Assembly (NCBI RefSeq): GCF_009914755.1
Contig: NC_060925.1
Strand: one strand, 5' to 3'
DNA length: 64,000 nt
Source of the DNA: the human T2T-CHM13v2.0 reference genome, Homo sapiens
The position numbers and the translations under genes were made by a program. Below the pieces are notes generated by a model. The model saw nothing but the letters and a program-made list of their open reading frames with translations, searched no databases and was not told where the DNA came from. Positions 27,481 through 43,939 of this stretch are shown here, piece after piece (the first letter of the stretch is position 1; the number at the start of each line of letters is the position of its first letter).

Positions 27481-28293
27481 TACCCTTTCTGAGACCCCAT
27501 CCACAGCTCCCATCTCCTTCAGAACACCACTTTACCTCCTACATCATTAAAAAAATTGAGGCAATCAACTATGAGCTGACTCAAACTCCTGTATCATCTA
27601 CCCTTGCATCAAACTTCCCTCCAGTCTGGGAGGAGACCCTTCTCAGGGTCAAGGCCAGCATCCCCATTAGGAGCCTTGGAATCCACCTCCTCCTCCTCCT
27701 TCTCTGGGTTCCACCACAATTATGCCTCCTCCCTAACATCTTCAACCTGACCCACTTTCTTAAGAATTCTCCCTCAGGCTGTGAAGAAAATCAAGCAAGA
27801 ATCAATCATTCTCTCTTTACCCTGCAAACTTTTTGACTATTATCTTATTTCACCCTTTTCTATTTAAACAAGCTTTTGTATTCCCAGATCCTTGGTCTCA
27901 CTTTTCTTTCACACTTAACCACAGAAACTTGGCTTCTCTTGCACATTTCTTTGTTTGAGCTACTTGTGTTAGGGGTTAAATGAAAACAAAAAGCTATTTC
28001 TATAACTCAGACCCTGGACTGGCTACATAATTCTCAGGATTCAGTGCAAAATAGAAATGCAGGACGTTTTGCCTAAAATTCACTAAGAATTTAAAGACAC
28101 TAATGGCAGAGTAGTGCCAACTGCCAGGTCCGGACAGCAGGGCCATGGGACAGCACACGTCATGCACCCATGGAGCTAATTCTGGTCAGACCTTTCTACT
28201 GGACTCCTTGCTACTTCTAACAACACAGACCACCACTCCAATACAATTTTATCCTTTCTGACTCCCAGAAGCAGAACAGTGCATTATTTAGAG

Positions 28294-28822
28294 CAGGTGT
28301 CCCCAGCCTTTTTGGCAACAGCGACCAGTAACATGGAAGACAATTTTTCCACTGACTGGTGGGGGTTGGGGGATGGTTTCGGGATGATTCAAGAACATTA
28401 CATTTATTGTGCACTTTATTTCTATTATTATTACATTGTAATATATAATCAAATAATTATACAACTTGCCATAATGTAGAATCAGTGGGAGCCCTGAGCT
28501 TGTTTTCTTGCAACTAGATGGTCCCATCTAGGGGTGATGGCAGACAGTGACAAATCATCAGGCATTAGATTCTCATAAGGAGAATGCAACCTAGGTCCCT
28601 CACATATGCAGTTCACAATACGGTTCATGCTCCTATGAGAATCTAATGCTGCTGCTGATCTGATGGGAAGTGAAGTTCAGGCAGTAATGTGATCTATGGG
28701 GAGCAGCTGTAAATACAGCTGGAGCTTTGCTCCAGCAGACCACTTACCTCCTGTTGTGTGGCGTGGTTCATAACAGGCCATGGGCCAGTATCGGTCCATG
28801 GCCCTGGGGTTGGGGATCCCTG
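28294..28822. mobile_element. MER1A-type hAT (Charlie) non-autonomous DNA transposon
   Basis: Terminal inverted repeats caggtgtcccc / ggggatccctg; perfect 8-bp TSD ATTTAGAG (28286-28293 / 28823-28830). Confidence 0.9.
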
Positions 28823-30249
28823 ATTTAGAGTACAAACTGAAGAGCCATTCCATTGGGATTAAATACTCACTCTGCCACCTGCTAGCTGTGAGATATTGGC
28901 TCTCTCTGGGCCCAAAATTTCATGGTTGTTAAATTTGGATAAAAATTGCATTATTGGAGGACAAAATTAATTAACGAATAAAAAAGCATTAGGAATAAAG
29001 CCTAATCGCTATCATCATCAACATCCACATCCTCATCATCTTCATCATCACTTTCCTGGTTCTCTTACCTCTTGGATCATTCATTTTTAGTTGCCTTTAC
29101 AACCTCCTCCTGCCATTTAAATGTTGACCTACTCCTCTTTTCAGTAGATGTTCCCCATTTAAGCAATTTTACCCACTCTTTTGGTTTTAACTATCATAAC
29201 AGCATATGTTTATGAATCTCAGATCTACATCCTAACTCCAATCATTCCACAGTACACTCAGATCCATATATCCAACTCTCTGCTGTAAGCACACACCAAA
29301 CTTACCATGTGTAAAATGGAATGCATTGCCTTCCTTCCTTCCCTAACCACCAAAGCCATGGCCTTATGTGATCCCTGCCCTCCCTTGTAGAGCACCTTAA
29401 TATACCTGGATCATGTTATGTTATTGGTTTATAGGTCTGTATTTGTCACTAACAACAAACTTTTTGAAGATAAGGACTGTATCTTATTCAGGCTTCTACC
29501 TCAATACCTAACCCAGTACGTGGCTCAAAACCTGACTATTGAACTGAAGGCAATGATTTTCTACTTAGCAATTCCTTTCTCCAAAGGAAGTGGAGCCAAT
29601 CTAAATTTCATTCCACCTGACCGGCATCAAGACATTCTGCCTCAGGCACAACTCCAAGGGACTGGTGGTTATTCTCTATACTTTAATATTATCCCAAATA
29701 GATGTTGTCTCATCCAGAGCTATTTTATCACATGCTTATTGGAATCTGAATCTTACTGTCTAGAAACACTAATGGCCATGCTCTATTCATTGGACAAAAC
29801 CCCCAGAATATGAATAAGATTCTTAGCATTAAATGCATTTTGGCTTCTTCTGATTAAATATTTTCTTTAAACCAGAGGCAATAATATTTGAGATCTCTAG
29901 GAGATTTCCTCAACAAAACATAAAAGTTGTAAGTTGGTCTTTATTGATTTGGCCACCCATATGCTAGCAGCCATAGCTTGCCAGTGTAGAGGTGCTTTTC
30001 TTTTGAGACCCAAAAAAGCTCACTGTGAATTCATCTTCTGTTGGGCCTCTTGTTTTATAACAATCCATTTGTACAAATATTTGGATTGGCACCAAATAAG
30101 GTGTGATACACTATTATTTTGTATTACTTAAAAAATATATATGTATAACTTACTAAGTTCTGTTCACTTATGATATTAAATATGATTATTATGAAGATTA
30201 AAATTGCTGTTAAAAATCTGAAGGAAATCTGGACAAACTTACAGTATTG

Positions 30250-30386
30250 TGGGTTTTTAAAATAAATTTTTGGGGTAGAAGTGTAATTTTGTTGCATTGA
30301 TGTATTGCATAGTGGCGAAGTCTGGACTCTTAGTGTATCCATCACTGGAGTCATGTACATTGTGTCCATTATGTAATTTCTCATCA
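30250..30386 (-). mobile_element. Old L1 (L1MA-like) 3' end fragment
   Basis: gtaattttgttgcattgatgtattgcatagtggcgaagtctggactcttagtgtatccatcac, resembling an L1 3' UTR in reverse. Confidence 0.6.
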
Positions 30387-30449
30387 AGTATTGTCTATTA
30401 ATGACTCACTAAAGCAAAAACTTTCCACAAAAGCTCCTCTAGGAAAGGA

Positions 30450-30900
30450 AATCTAGTTCATCCATGGTCCTGCACTGTGCTTTCATCTATTATATGGAAC
30501 ACTGAGCACAACATCTTGTGAAAAGCCTTAACAAACTGGAGCAGGTCAAGAAAAGATGACCAGGATAGTAATGGGATTTCAAATCACAAGATATGGGGAA
30601 TCATTAAATAAGGGAATATTTCATAAAGGAAAAGAAAAATTGAAAGTGGCTTTCTCAAACATTTGAGAATTGTCTTATAAAGAACATGCACTTATTCTAT
30701 GTCATCTCAGAAGACAAAACTAGGATTGATCAGTAGACATGGTAGAGAAATACATTTCAGCTCAAAGTGAAGAAGATTGTTCTAGTAATCAGAGCTGCCT
30801 GAAAATGAATGGGCTGGCTTAGGAAGTTACAAGATCCCCATTTCTAGAGAGTGTTAAGGAAGGAATGGGTGGCCCTTACTCAGGGATGCGATAAAGGACT
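30450..30900 (+). mobile_element. CR1/L3-like LINE relic
   Basis: aacaaactggagcaggtcaagaaaagatgaccaggatagt...tttcagctcaaagtgaagaag resembles an L3 3' region. Confidence 0.45.
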
Positions 30901-31349
30901 TTCAGACGTACATGGGAGCTGATTGATGACTCTTACAAAATTCTGGGAGTCTCTAACAAAAACAGATTTCTGAGCCTCCATAAGGGATATCTCATTTTCC
31001 CCAGAGTCTGAATTTTCTATTATACCCCAAGAAATTGGTTTGGTCTCATGTATACCAGCCAAAAAGCAGTTGAGACTGATCAATGAATTAGGAAACACAA
31101 ATGCCGTTTATGTGGTGAGTTACCCTGCATGCACATATGTTCATGGGGATGAATTTGTAATAAAACAATATTTATTCATATATATATATATGCACATATA
31201 CATGGAGAGATACATACATATACATGAGAGTATAAATACATAAATATGTGTTAAACTAGATCTTAATAGTATATAAATAAAAGAGAACTTTGTAGAAATT
31301 ATCAAAAGTCCCTGCGATCTAAATGATTAAGAGACTTCTAGCTCTAACA

Positions 31350-34180
31350 ACCTAGTAGATTGAGCCAACATGGACAACTATTCACCTCTTTCCACTACAA
31401 ACAAACATGAAAATATGAGCGCACAAAGTGAATTCAAAAAAAAGAACAGGAAATTTCTGGATTCAGAAGTGAAGAAGGAAATTGAAGTCAGAGCAGTAAC
31501 TTCATAATTTCATGTCCAAATGGCCAAAGGAAATACCATGCTTAAAGAGGCCCTGTGGACTCCAGACTAGAATTTGAAACCCCAACTGAACACATGGACC
31601 ATGTGACATGGGGATTTCAAAGTATAATCCCTGCATATAGCCAAGAGCTTAAGGGAGCTTAAGGGAAGCTTAAAGGGAAGACACCACTGTGAGTAAAATG
31701 GAGTATAGAATAACTTTGACCTTTATCACAGGGAATTATCAAGAAGATTAATTTTATATGGGTTTCTGAATTAGGAAAATAAGCTCCCAAGAGAAACAGA
31801 AACTTCAGGCCTACAACATACATGAGTATGGAGACCAAATTTACACTCTCCACATGGTATTTAAAGTTCCAAGGCAAGAAATTGACAGATTCCAAAATAG
31901 CTAGAGTATATGGCAATCAATAGCAGGTATAGAATTTCTTTTATATACATGAAAGTATAAGGAACTCCCAAAGGAAAAAAAAAATCTCCACTGAAGGTGA
32001 GATCAAATTTTCAAACCATGTAAATGGAAATTATCTAAGATGAGACAGTGCCAAAAACAGGATAATTAATACCTCAAATATTTGAGATAGTAGGACAATT
32101 TCAAATCCAAGACAACGGAACAATCTCAGAACAATAGAACAATATCAAGGAAACAAAAAAGGAATTTAAAATTATTAAAAAGACAGAAGAACAAATATGT
32201 CATAAGAAAAACAATATAAAAAAGAAAAAATAGTATTTCTATTAAAAAATCAGAAATTAAACTAGACATAGCTGAAAAACAAATCAGAGAACTAGAAGAT
32301 ACATTGAAAGAATTATCGATCTGCAATGTGAGAAATAAAGTGATATAAACATTAAAGAAAAACTTGGGACACATTGGGAATGATGTCCTAAGAAGAATGA
32401 TTTCTTATGTGTCCAAGAAAGCTGAATATATAATTAATAGAAAGTCCAGAAAGAAACAATTAAAAGAATGGCAAAAAGGCATATTTCAAGACTACTAACA
32501 TAAATCTTCATATTGAATAGTTTTGAGCAAATAAGTTTTAAAATAAATTCCAACGCAAAGGTATTATAATGAAAGTTTATCATACTTATAAGAGGCAGGA
32601 GGCAGACAAATGCCCAGGCAGAAAGGGGTGGGTCCCAGTGAAACCTGACCTTCGAGCCAGAAAGTGACCGAGATAAACCCTCAGACGAGACTGAGAACCC
32701 GCCTTACCATTTGGTGCATTTTCCTCTGATTGCTCCCCATCCTTCACCTATTATACATATTCTCACCCTTTCCTAATTGGTTTTCTACCCTGCCATGCCC
32801 ACCTTTGAGTGAGGTCTTCACTTCGACCTTTTTTGCATACTCACAAGCCAATCAGCATACACTCCCTAATTCTGAGCCCATAAAAAGCCCCGGGCTCAGC
32901 CATATTGGGAGAACTTTCCTGTCTTCAGGTAGGAGACCACCCACCATGTCCCCTCTTTTTGCTGAGAGCTTACTTTTAACTTAATAAATTCTACTCCACT
33001 CACTCTTTCATGCCCACATGCCTAATTCCTCCTGGTTGTGAGACAAGAACCCAGACCTAGTTGAGCTAAGGAGCAAAATTCCTGCATTAATATTAGGAGC
33101 AAAGAAAACAATCTTAAATATACTCAGACGTGGGGAAAAAATCCACCATAAGCAAAGGAACAATAATTATATTGGCATATTTCTTATCGGCATAAAAAGA
33201 GAGGAGAAAAATATCTTTAAAGTGTGAGGGAAAAACAGCTCCAAAATTTAAAATTCTATCCTTAGCTAGACTATAATTCAAGAGGGCAAAATAAAGCTTT
33301 AGTTCTGGGGAGTGTTTCTGGGTTTTTTTTGTTTGTTTTTTATTTTATTTTTTTACAATGATTGAGAGATTATCATTCACAGATCCAAAGAAGGAAACAA
33401 TGGGATGCAAGATGCAACCACGTACAAAGCACTAACAAACAAACAGTTTATGAAATAATTACCTAAAATCTAATGTAAATTATAACTGGTAATTTAAATA
33501 GGTGGGAGTAAAATATCTGAAAACAGTAAGTTGGAATAAGTGAAAACTGGGGGAGTAAATAGTAATCAGAAATAAAGTGTTCTGAGGTTCTTACATTATT
33601 CACTGGCTGCCATGATTCCTCAGGTATGCATATTAAAATTTAAGAGTAATCAGCAAACAAACAGAAATAAAATATGGGCTTCCAAACCAGTAGAAGGAAA
33701 GAGCATAGGTTGCATTAAAAAAAAGAGAAAGAAATGCAATAAATCAAACTGCAAGACAAAAAGGGAAAAAATTAACAAAGAAAAGACATGGTAAATAGAA
33801 AACACAACCTGATAAGGCAGCAATAAATTAGAATATATCAGTAATTCTAAAAAAAGTACAAATAAGCCAAATTTTAATTGTAAAAGTACCATGCCTAATT
33901 AAACACTTAAGTGTGAAAGAATTCTTGCAGTGGAGAGTAGGTAAAGTTGATAAGCACACAATAGTGTAGACTGCTAAGTGTACATATGCACATTACGTTA
34001 CGTATATTACATATGCGTGCCACCTCCAGGAGAGTGGTCATCTTTGGGGAATGGTGAAGAAGGGAAATTAAGGGTGAGCAGAATATGGAGCCTTAGCTCT
34101 TACTTCAAATAGTATTCTGAAACATGCATGGCAAAATGGCAATACATGTTAAATCTAGCTGGTGAGTTTAAAAATACCTT
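31350..34180 (+). mobile_element. Ancient L1M/HAL1-like relic (ORF1-like region) interrupted by an LTR
   Basis: A-rich strand with ORF1-like stretches (aaactagacatagctgaaaaacaaatcagagaactagaaga; aattctatccttagctagactataattcaag). Confidence 0.5.
32587..33089 (+). mobile_element. ERV1-class solo LTR (MER4-group, MER83-like)
   Basis: GC-richer ~500-bp insert with agccaatcag, cccataaaagcccc (TATA-like), AATAAA at ~32983 and LTR-like end gagcaaaattcctgcatta. Subfamily uncertain. Confidence 0.65.
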
Positions 34181-35081
34181 GTATCCATGCTTCCCAATTA
34201 TTTTGACTTCATGGCCCACATTGGAAATAAAATGTTCATAACACAATGGGTGAACATACAGAGGTGCTGGAAGTTTAATGTGACAGGCCAAGAAGAGCCA
34301 GCAGCTCCAGGACACTTCTCACCTGCACCGTGGACTCAGAGATTTATAACATCCCAGCACACCCATCACCCATTTCCCACTCCCCAGCATCCTCCTGCAC
34401 ACAGTTGGGACACTCTGCTTTATATTATTTTTTACACTTTTCTATATGCTTGAGCTACTGAAAAGGCAATTGGACAAGAAGATATATTGATCCAGAGTTC
34501 TCAGCAGAAGATTCCCAACAAAATAGGTTGGACAAAAGTGGATGATAGATAGTAAGATTTCTTCCTAAGCAGGACAAAACTAGAGCTGTGTGGGTTGTGC
34601 TCCTTTAAGCCTTCACAGCAGAAGTGGTGGAGTTTCAGCTGGACTGAGTCTGTGTGGAAGCAAGTTGCTGTGGTAACGTGTGTGACAGTGCAGAGGGCCA
34701 CAGATGAAGAAGCCAGAATGGGGCCTGGGGGATGAGTTCTAGTGGTAGGGACCATAATGAAATGCCTGAGCACTGGAGGCAAAGACTTGGAGCTGGCTCT
34801 GCTATTTTAATGCATCTTTAACTTGCTTCTAAAAGAGAGTTTATTTCCCATGCATAGACATAAAGTGATACATCATGCTAATGGCAGGGAAATTTAAGTA
34901 GAAAGCCTACTGACTACTTATTTTTGGAGGCATTAAATACTGGCCCTCTCTTTTTAGACATCATAAGCCATTTCATGATGTTACTGCTTGCAATTTCTTC
35001 TCTATTCTCATTTTGTTCCCTTATCGTTATAACACAGATGAGTGACATGGGTTCTGTATGTAAGGATCTCATCCTCCAAGA

Positions 35082-35567
35082 CAGTGGTCCCCACCCTTTT
35101 TGGCACCAGGGACTGGTTTCATGGAAGACAGTTTTTCCACAGACTGGTAGGGGTAAGGGATGGTTTTGGGATGATTCAAGAGCATTACATTTATTGTGCA
35201 TTTTATTTCTATTAGTATTACATTGCAATATATAATAAAATAATTATACAACTCACCATAATGTAGAATCAGTGGGAGCCCTGAGCTTGATTTCCTGCAA
35301 CTAGATGGTCCCATATGGGGGTGATGGGAGACAGTGACAGATCATCAGGTATAGATTCTCATAAGGAGCATGCAACCTAGATCCCTCACATGTGCAGTTC
35401 ACTATAGGGTTTAAACTCTTATGAGAATCTAATGCTGCTGCTGATCTGACAGGAGGCAGAGCTCAGAAGGTAAGGTGAGTGATAGGGAGTGGCTGTAAAT
35501 ACTGATGAAGCTTTGCCAGCTTGCCCACTGCTCACGTCCTCCTGGCCCAGGGGTGTGGGGAACCCTG
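35082..35567. mobile_element. MER1A-type hAT DNA transposon, second copy
   Basis: Same internal sequence as 28294-28822; TIRs cagtggtcccc / ggggaaccctg; degenerate 8-bp TSD ctccaaga / ctctatga. Confidence 0.88.
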
Positions 35568-36628
35568 CTCTATGAGAGGATATAAATATATAAGAAATAT
35601 AAAAATACAGGAAATTATTTACAAAATACAGGGAAATAAAATGTTCCCCAGATACAGATATAGCACAGAGGAGAGCTCTGAGCAAGTGATCTTGGAGAAG
35701 ACTTTCCTAAGTGGGGGAGGCACAAGCGGTGGTGGTGGTGGTAAAGGTGAACCGGGGCCAGAGAGAAGGAATCAGGATAGCACAGCAGATGTGGCAACAG
35801 TTCTCAAATCTGCACTAAGTCACTATTTCTTTGAATGTTTCCTGTGAGATTAAGTTCTTAATTCGTAGTTTATTTTCCCTCATACAAAACTTTAGCCCAA
35901 TTCTGCCCTGTGAAGTCAACCGTGATACTGCTTTTAGAAAATATTGACAGCATGCAAATTTCCACGACTGTGTCAGACTTGCTAATACCAAGCAGAGGGG
36001 AAAGATAAACAAGGAGTCCTGTTTGTCTATGAACCATCACAAAAAGATAAACTTAATTCAGCTGAGAGCAGAGTAGACAGTGCCTTTACTCTTAGCATTT
36101 CAGACTATAGAAATACATTTCTTTGCCAAACCAAGAACTTTAAAATCAAATTTAACTTCTCTTCTAACTTAAAGTTAGTTTTATTGCATTTTATATTTCA
36201 GAAACAAGAGTTTTTGTAAATGCTTTCAGAAAAAAAAATGTTTATCAGTAGTAACTGCATGGTTATCGCTTTCTTTTTCCATACCTACATCCAAAAGAGT
36301 AGCGTGAGGCATCAGCACGAGAAAAGCAGGTATGAGAGATGATGTTTGCTTTCAATAGGACGGGGGGCCGGGGAGAAGCCCATAGGTGTAAGATTCCATG
36401 CTTTTCTGTGATTTATACTTTAGGTGTAGATATGGCTCAAAGGCATGAAGAGAGAGTTTGCTCCATGGATCTTTTTGGAAGGAGAAAAACAACACCGAGA
36501 AGAAAATGTAACATTTTAGATGTACAGGAAACTGTCATTTGAAAATGTCTGTGAATTGAATAAACCAGTGATGTCCTTCATCTCCTACAAATTCTGAAGC
36601 ATAGAACAGAAATATAGTATAAGAAAGA

Positions 36629-36960
36629 ATGTTCTCACTCATAGGTGGGAATTGAACAATGAGAACACATGGACACAGGAAGGGAACATCACACACCCGG
36701 GCCTGTTGTGGGGTGGGAGGAGTGGGGAGGGGGGAGGGATAGCATTAGGAGATATACCTAATGTTAAATGACGAGTTAATGGGTGCAGCACACCAACATG
36801 GCACATGTATACATATGTAACAAACCTGCACGTTGTGCACATGTACCTTAAACCTTAAAGTATAATAAAAATAAATAAATAAAAAATAAAAAAGTATAAT
36901 TTAAAAAATAAATAAATAAAATAAACAAATTAATAAAAAAAGAAATACAAAAAAAAAAAA
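36629..36960 (+). mobile_element. 5'-truncated L1PA 3' end with A-rich tail
   Basis: tgttctcactcataggtgggaattgaacaatgagaacac...aacctgcacgttgtgcacatgtac plus a long A-rich tail; possible TSD aagaaag. Confidence 0.92.
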
Positions 36961-37382
36961 GAAAGCACAAAGTCCGACACTTGCAGCAATGGAATGCTAA
37001 GTTTTACATTACTTGGTTAAATTAGAATGTATGTTCAAAGAGCTTCTGTTCATTTGAATTTTTTTCTGTTTGCTTTTACATTTCTGATTTTATCAGTTAA
37101 TCATATGTTGAGATTTTTTTCCCATTACAAAATTTTCATTCTGCTGTTGTATGTCATAGAGTGTTGACTGATAAAAGGATATCCTATTATGTGGTGCTGT
37201 TACAAAATGCCTCTATATAGAGCAAGTGAAGATTAGCGGGAAGGAAGAGAAGGTTATAGTGATAGGCAGAATTCTAAGATGACCCTAGTGACCCCTGCCC
37301 TTTATTTCCCTTCTCTGAATGGTGGGTGGAGATTGTGACTATGACAGGAGCTCACTTCCAAGGGCAATTCAACAAATATTTA

Positions 37383-37883
<501 letters not shown>

Positions 37884-39273
37884 TTAATGTAAGGTAAGAA
37901 AGAACTTTCTAATAATCAGAGCTTTTTGAAAATGAATATACTGTCTATGAAACAGCAGCAGCCTCATCATGGTGTGTGGTTGAGACTTGATAAACGAAGT
38001 GAGCTGTACTGTAAAGAGGATTCCTAAGCTTGTTAAAAAAATGGACTAGATGACTTTTAAATTTCCCTTTCAACTCAAAGATGTGGGTCTAAAATTCTTC
38101 CTAGGTTGTAAGTGAGAGCCCAAAATCTAGGTATTTAATAACGATCATTTTTACTTGTTTTATGTTTATGTATTTTGTATAGAAAGGTATATAGATTAAA
38201 AACACCATCACTCATAGTTCTATCACATGAGTTTAATAATTAGTAACAATCTGATATATTTCTTCTGTAATTTTTATCTTATTTTGTTTTCTCATAAAAG
38301 TTATATGCCTTAAATGGACATTTTCATTGTCTACACTATAATTTTTCTTAATATTAAATTATCTAAAAAGATACAAAAGTTTTGACTTCTGACTAGTGAA
38401 TTAATGAGATTGTTTATTTCCCAACATATTTGTTATACTTTTCCCAGCCAATGAAAATGATTTCATTTGAGTGGTCTTTAAAATATGTCAATTAGCATTA
38501 AAATGTATTGCAGACCAATATTAGTAGGTAAATTATAAATACCATCACATTAGACATGGTCCAGCCCATCCCTAAAAGGCTCATGGCAATTTTTTAAATC
38601 CAAATTGTAAGACTCATGGGAAGGGATTATACATTAACTAATCTGATAACCTATACATATCTTCAAGTTGCTGTGGAATGACTGTTTTCAAGAAGAGAGA
38701 AGGAGCCAATATATCTACTTTCATTAAGAAGCTGAAATTAAATTTGGATTTCCTTCTTTCCAAAGGTTGGTCTCTCATCTTTGCCTTATACTATATATTG
38801 TTTTGTGGTGGGAAACATGGGGATAGGCATTAACATATTTTATCTAATTATAATTACATGATGTAGTATTCTGATTGCCCGACTATGTTAGCAAGTAAAA
38901 GAAAAGTAGGGAAGTTTAGAAATTAATTCATTCACTCAAATTTTATTCTGTAGATATTTATTAGCTATAAGTCTCAAATCTCTAGGTGCTTATTATTCAA
39001 TCAAGATAAGACAGGATAATAACTAATAAAATGATATGGGAAATGCAATGATAGAGATGTATGCAAAACACTGTATGGTCACCAAGATGGTTGGGCTTAA
39101 TGATGCCTGAGAAGTTTGGGGAAGGTTTTACATAGGAAATAACCAAGAGAAAGGGGAGGTCACTTCTGCAGTGTAAACAGCATTTTCAACAAATGACATT
39201 TTCATGAAGAAACGGCATGAGTTTACAAAGTCACTACAAATGATTCAGCAAGATTGAAGCACTGTTCGCATGT

Positions 39274-40263
39274 TGAAGGGGGCCAGCCCCTCCACACCTG
39301 TGGGTATTTCTCATCAGATGGGACGAGAGACTGACAAAAGAAATAAGACACAGAGACAAAGTATAGAGAAAGAAAAGTGGGCCCAGGGGACTGGCGCTCA
39401 GCATACGGAGGACCCGCACTGGCACCGGTCTCTGAGTTCCCTCAGTATTTACTGATTACTATTCTCACTATCTCGGCAAGAGGAATGCAGCAGGCGAACA
39501 GGGTAACAGTGGGGAGAAGGTCAGCAAGAAAACATGTGAGCAAAGGAATCTGTGTCACAAATAAGTTTAAGGGAAGGTACTATGCCTGGATGTGCACATA
39601 GGCCAGATTTATGCTTCTCTCCACTCAAACATCTCAGTGGAGTAAAGAGTAACAGAGCAGCATTGCTGCCGGCATGTCTCGCCTCCCTCCACAGGGCGGT
39701 TTTTCTCCTGTCTCAGAATTGGACAAATGTACAATCAGGTTTTATACCGAGACATTCTGTTCCCGGGGCAGGCAGGAGACAGAGGCCTTCCTCTTATCTC
39801 AACTGCAAGAGACCTTCCTCTTTTACTAATCCTCCTCAGCACAGACCCTTCATAGGTGTCAGGCTGGGGGATGATCAGGTCTTTCCCATCCCACAATATC
39901 TCAGGCTATCTCAGGGAGAAGAAACCTTGGACAATACCTGGCTTTCCAGGGCAGAGGTCCCTGTGGCTTTCCACAGTGCATTGTGCCCCTGGTTTATCGA
40001 GAATGGAGAATGGCGATGACTTTTACCAAGCATACTGCCTGTAACATATGGTTAACAAGGCACATCCTGCACAGCCCTAGATCCCTTAAACCTTGATTCC
40101 ATAAACACATGTTTCTGTGAGCTCAAGGTTGGGGCAAAGTTACAGATTAACAGCATCTCAGGGCAAAACAATTGTTCAGGGTACAGATCAAAATGGAGTT
40201 TCTTATGTCTTCCTTTTCTACATAGACACAGTAACAGTCTGATCTCTCTTTCTTTCCCCTACA
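39274..40263 (-). promoter_or_regulatory. 3' LTR of the HML-2 provirus
   Basis: Starts TGTAGGGGAAAGAAAGAGAGATCAGACTGTTACTG on -; preceded by the polypurine tract AAAAGAAAAGGGGGA (~40266-40280). Confidence 0.95.
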
Positions 40264-42066
40264 TATCCCCCTTTTCTTTTTGACAGAACTGCCATAGTCA
40301 TCATGGCCCATTCTCTTTGGTCTCTGTCTCTTCAGAGCTGTTGGATACACCTGTAGACTAACAACAGACAGAACAGGCATACAAGGATTAATACACAATG
40401 TACAATAGTGGAACTTTTGATAGTTTTAACCCAAGTGATGGGGTTAAGATTTGTAAGGCCATCAGTAGCTTTTACGATTGCCTCAGTTCCTGGCACCAAA
40501 TTTAAATGGGCTTTCGATGCCTCAAAAATTTGTTCTTTTAATTTTGAAATATCTAAAGTAAGATTACCTTCTCTTCCTTGTAGATGGCATCTAATCATGT
40601 CCCAGTGATGCTCAGACTCATTATAGGCTTGGGGTGTAATACAAAAATCTGATGTATTCCAGTGACACTGTAACTGAAAAAGATATTCCAAGCTCATGAG
40701 CCTATCTCCTATCCAAATGACAGTTTGTATAAGATCATTAATTTGGTTTGCCAATTTTTGATCTATTTGGGTCTCAGAGTTCCACAATTCTGAGTAGCTG
40801 TGACTGCAATAAGACCCATATTCACTGCAATCAAAGTAAAAATGAATCTTTTGGATCTAGTTAGAATTCCTTTTAATACTTCTGTTAACATATGGACAGA
40901 TGGCGAAGCCTCCCACGGTCAGTCCATGGACACAGGGATCCACACACCCTCTCTTGCCCTCACTAGCAGAATATGGTGCTGCCAATTAAAAGTCGAATTA
41001 ATGCAAGTAAACAATCTACAATTTTCACAGGTTATAGTTTGGTAATCTGGTTTAATCTATGTTTCCTACAACTAGCATATAAGGGGGTTCTACACAACTT
41101 TGCAAAGGAATTGTCAGATTGGAATCTAGGTTGATAGTATAATATGGCTTATGATTCTTTGTTCCTATAGTTGATTTCCAGACCAAATTCTAATATGGTG
41201 CGAGGCCACAGTAAGCTTCCATAATTCCGGATGTTCAGGACCAGTAACAGGACTAACTAACTTTGGTCAAGGTGGTGAAATTCCCTTTTCACCCCATTTC
41301 CATGGATAGGGTGATTCTAACCTTCTATAAACCTGGTCCAGCCTTTTAGTTAAATCACTATCAAAGGCAGGATTAATGGGCCAGACGGATGGGGCCTGTG
41401 AATATGAGTGAGTCTGGCCTGTACAATCATAATATAATTGGCCTCGAGGGGCCCAGTCTATAATAGTTCCAAATTCATTGTTTTGTAATACGACCGCAGT
41501 ATCAGCCACACATTCTTCCCGAACTAAGACTTCTGGGTCTTTTGATTCTTTGGGAATTTCCTTGGGGCATGGCTTCCCTTTGGCCCAAAGCTCATTTTAA
41601 CGATCTTTGATAAGAAGAGTCTTGTAAATTATTTATCTGTGGCCTGAGTGACATTCCACTTACCATGTGATAAGTAAATCTACTGGTGCACTGACAGTAG
41701 GTACTTCTACCAACCAATTTTGGGTTGTAGGCATTAAACAACCTGGTGCCTTCCCTAGGCAAATAGGAGGATAATTATACCCAATGGAAATATTTATCAT
41801 CATTCCTTCTTCTTCAGGTTGGGCAGGGCAGCAATCATCTGTGGGGCCTGGTACCCATGCAGTATTATTAACATATACTTCAATGATTATCCATCCATAT
41901 GACTGCCCAAATTAAGAGCAGGAAAGGCACATAGGCCCAGTAAGTATAATTAGCTGCAGCTGCTCCTGCAGACATGGGGAGACTTACCACGGTAGATACA
42001 ATCATCAAAACTGCAAGCAGCATATTCTCTGGAGTTTGTGTTACCCTTGTTTTCTTCAGGCTTTTT

Positions 42067-43842
<1,776 letters not shown>

Positions 43843-43920
43843 AGTGGACATACTCGGGAATCTCTCATCCACTGTCCTCAATGCTCACGTTCTTAGCGTA
43901 CCTTCACCTTGGAGAAAGGC

Positions 43921-43939
43921 ACCCATGTTGGGCGGCGGG
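43921..43939 (-). promoter_or_regulatory. Degenerate tRNA-Lys primer-binding site
   Basis: CCCGCCGCCCAACATGGGT immediately after the 5' LTR on -, compared with the recalled HML-2 consensus TGGCGCCCAACGTGG; the TGG end is lost. Confidence 0.6.

Noticed and set aside
28217-35314. Paralogous-looking ORFs at 28217-28527 and 34914-35314
   Set aside because: Both are translations of two MER1A copies, not a gene family.
39234-40044. ORFs duplicated at 39234-40044 and 43885-44776
   Set aside because: Incidental frames in the two LTR copies.
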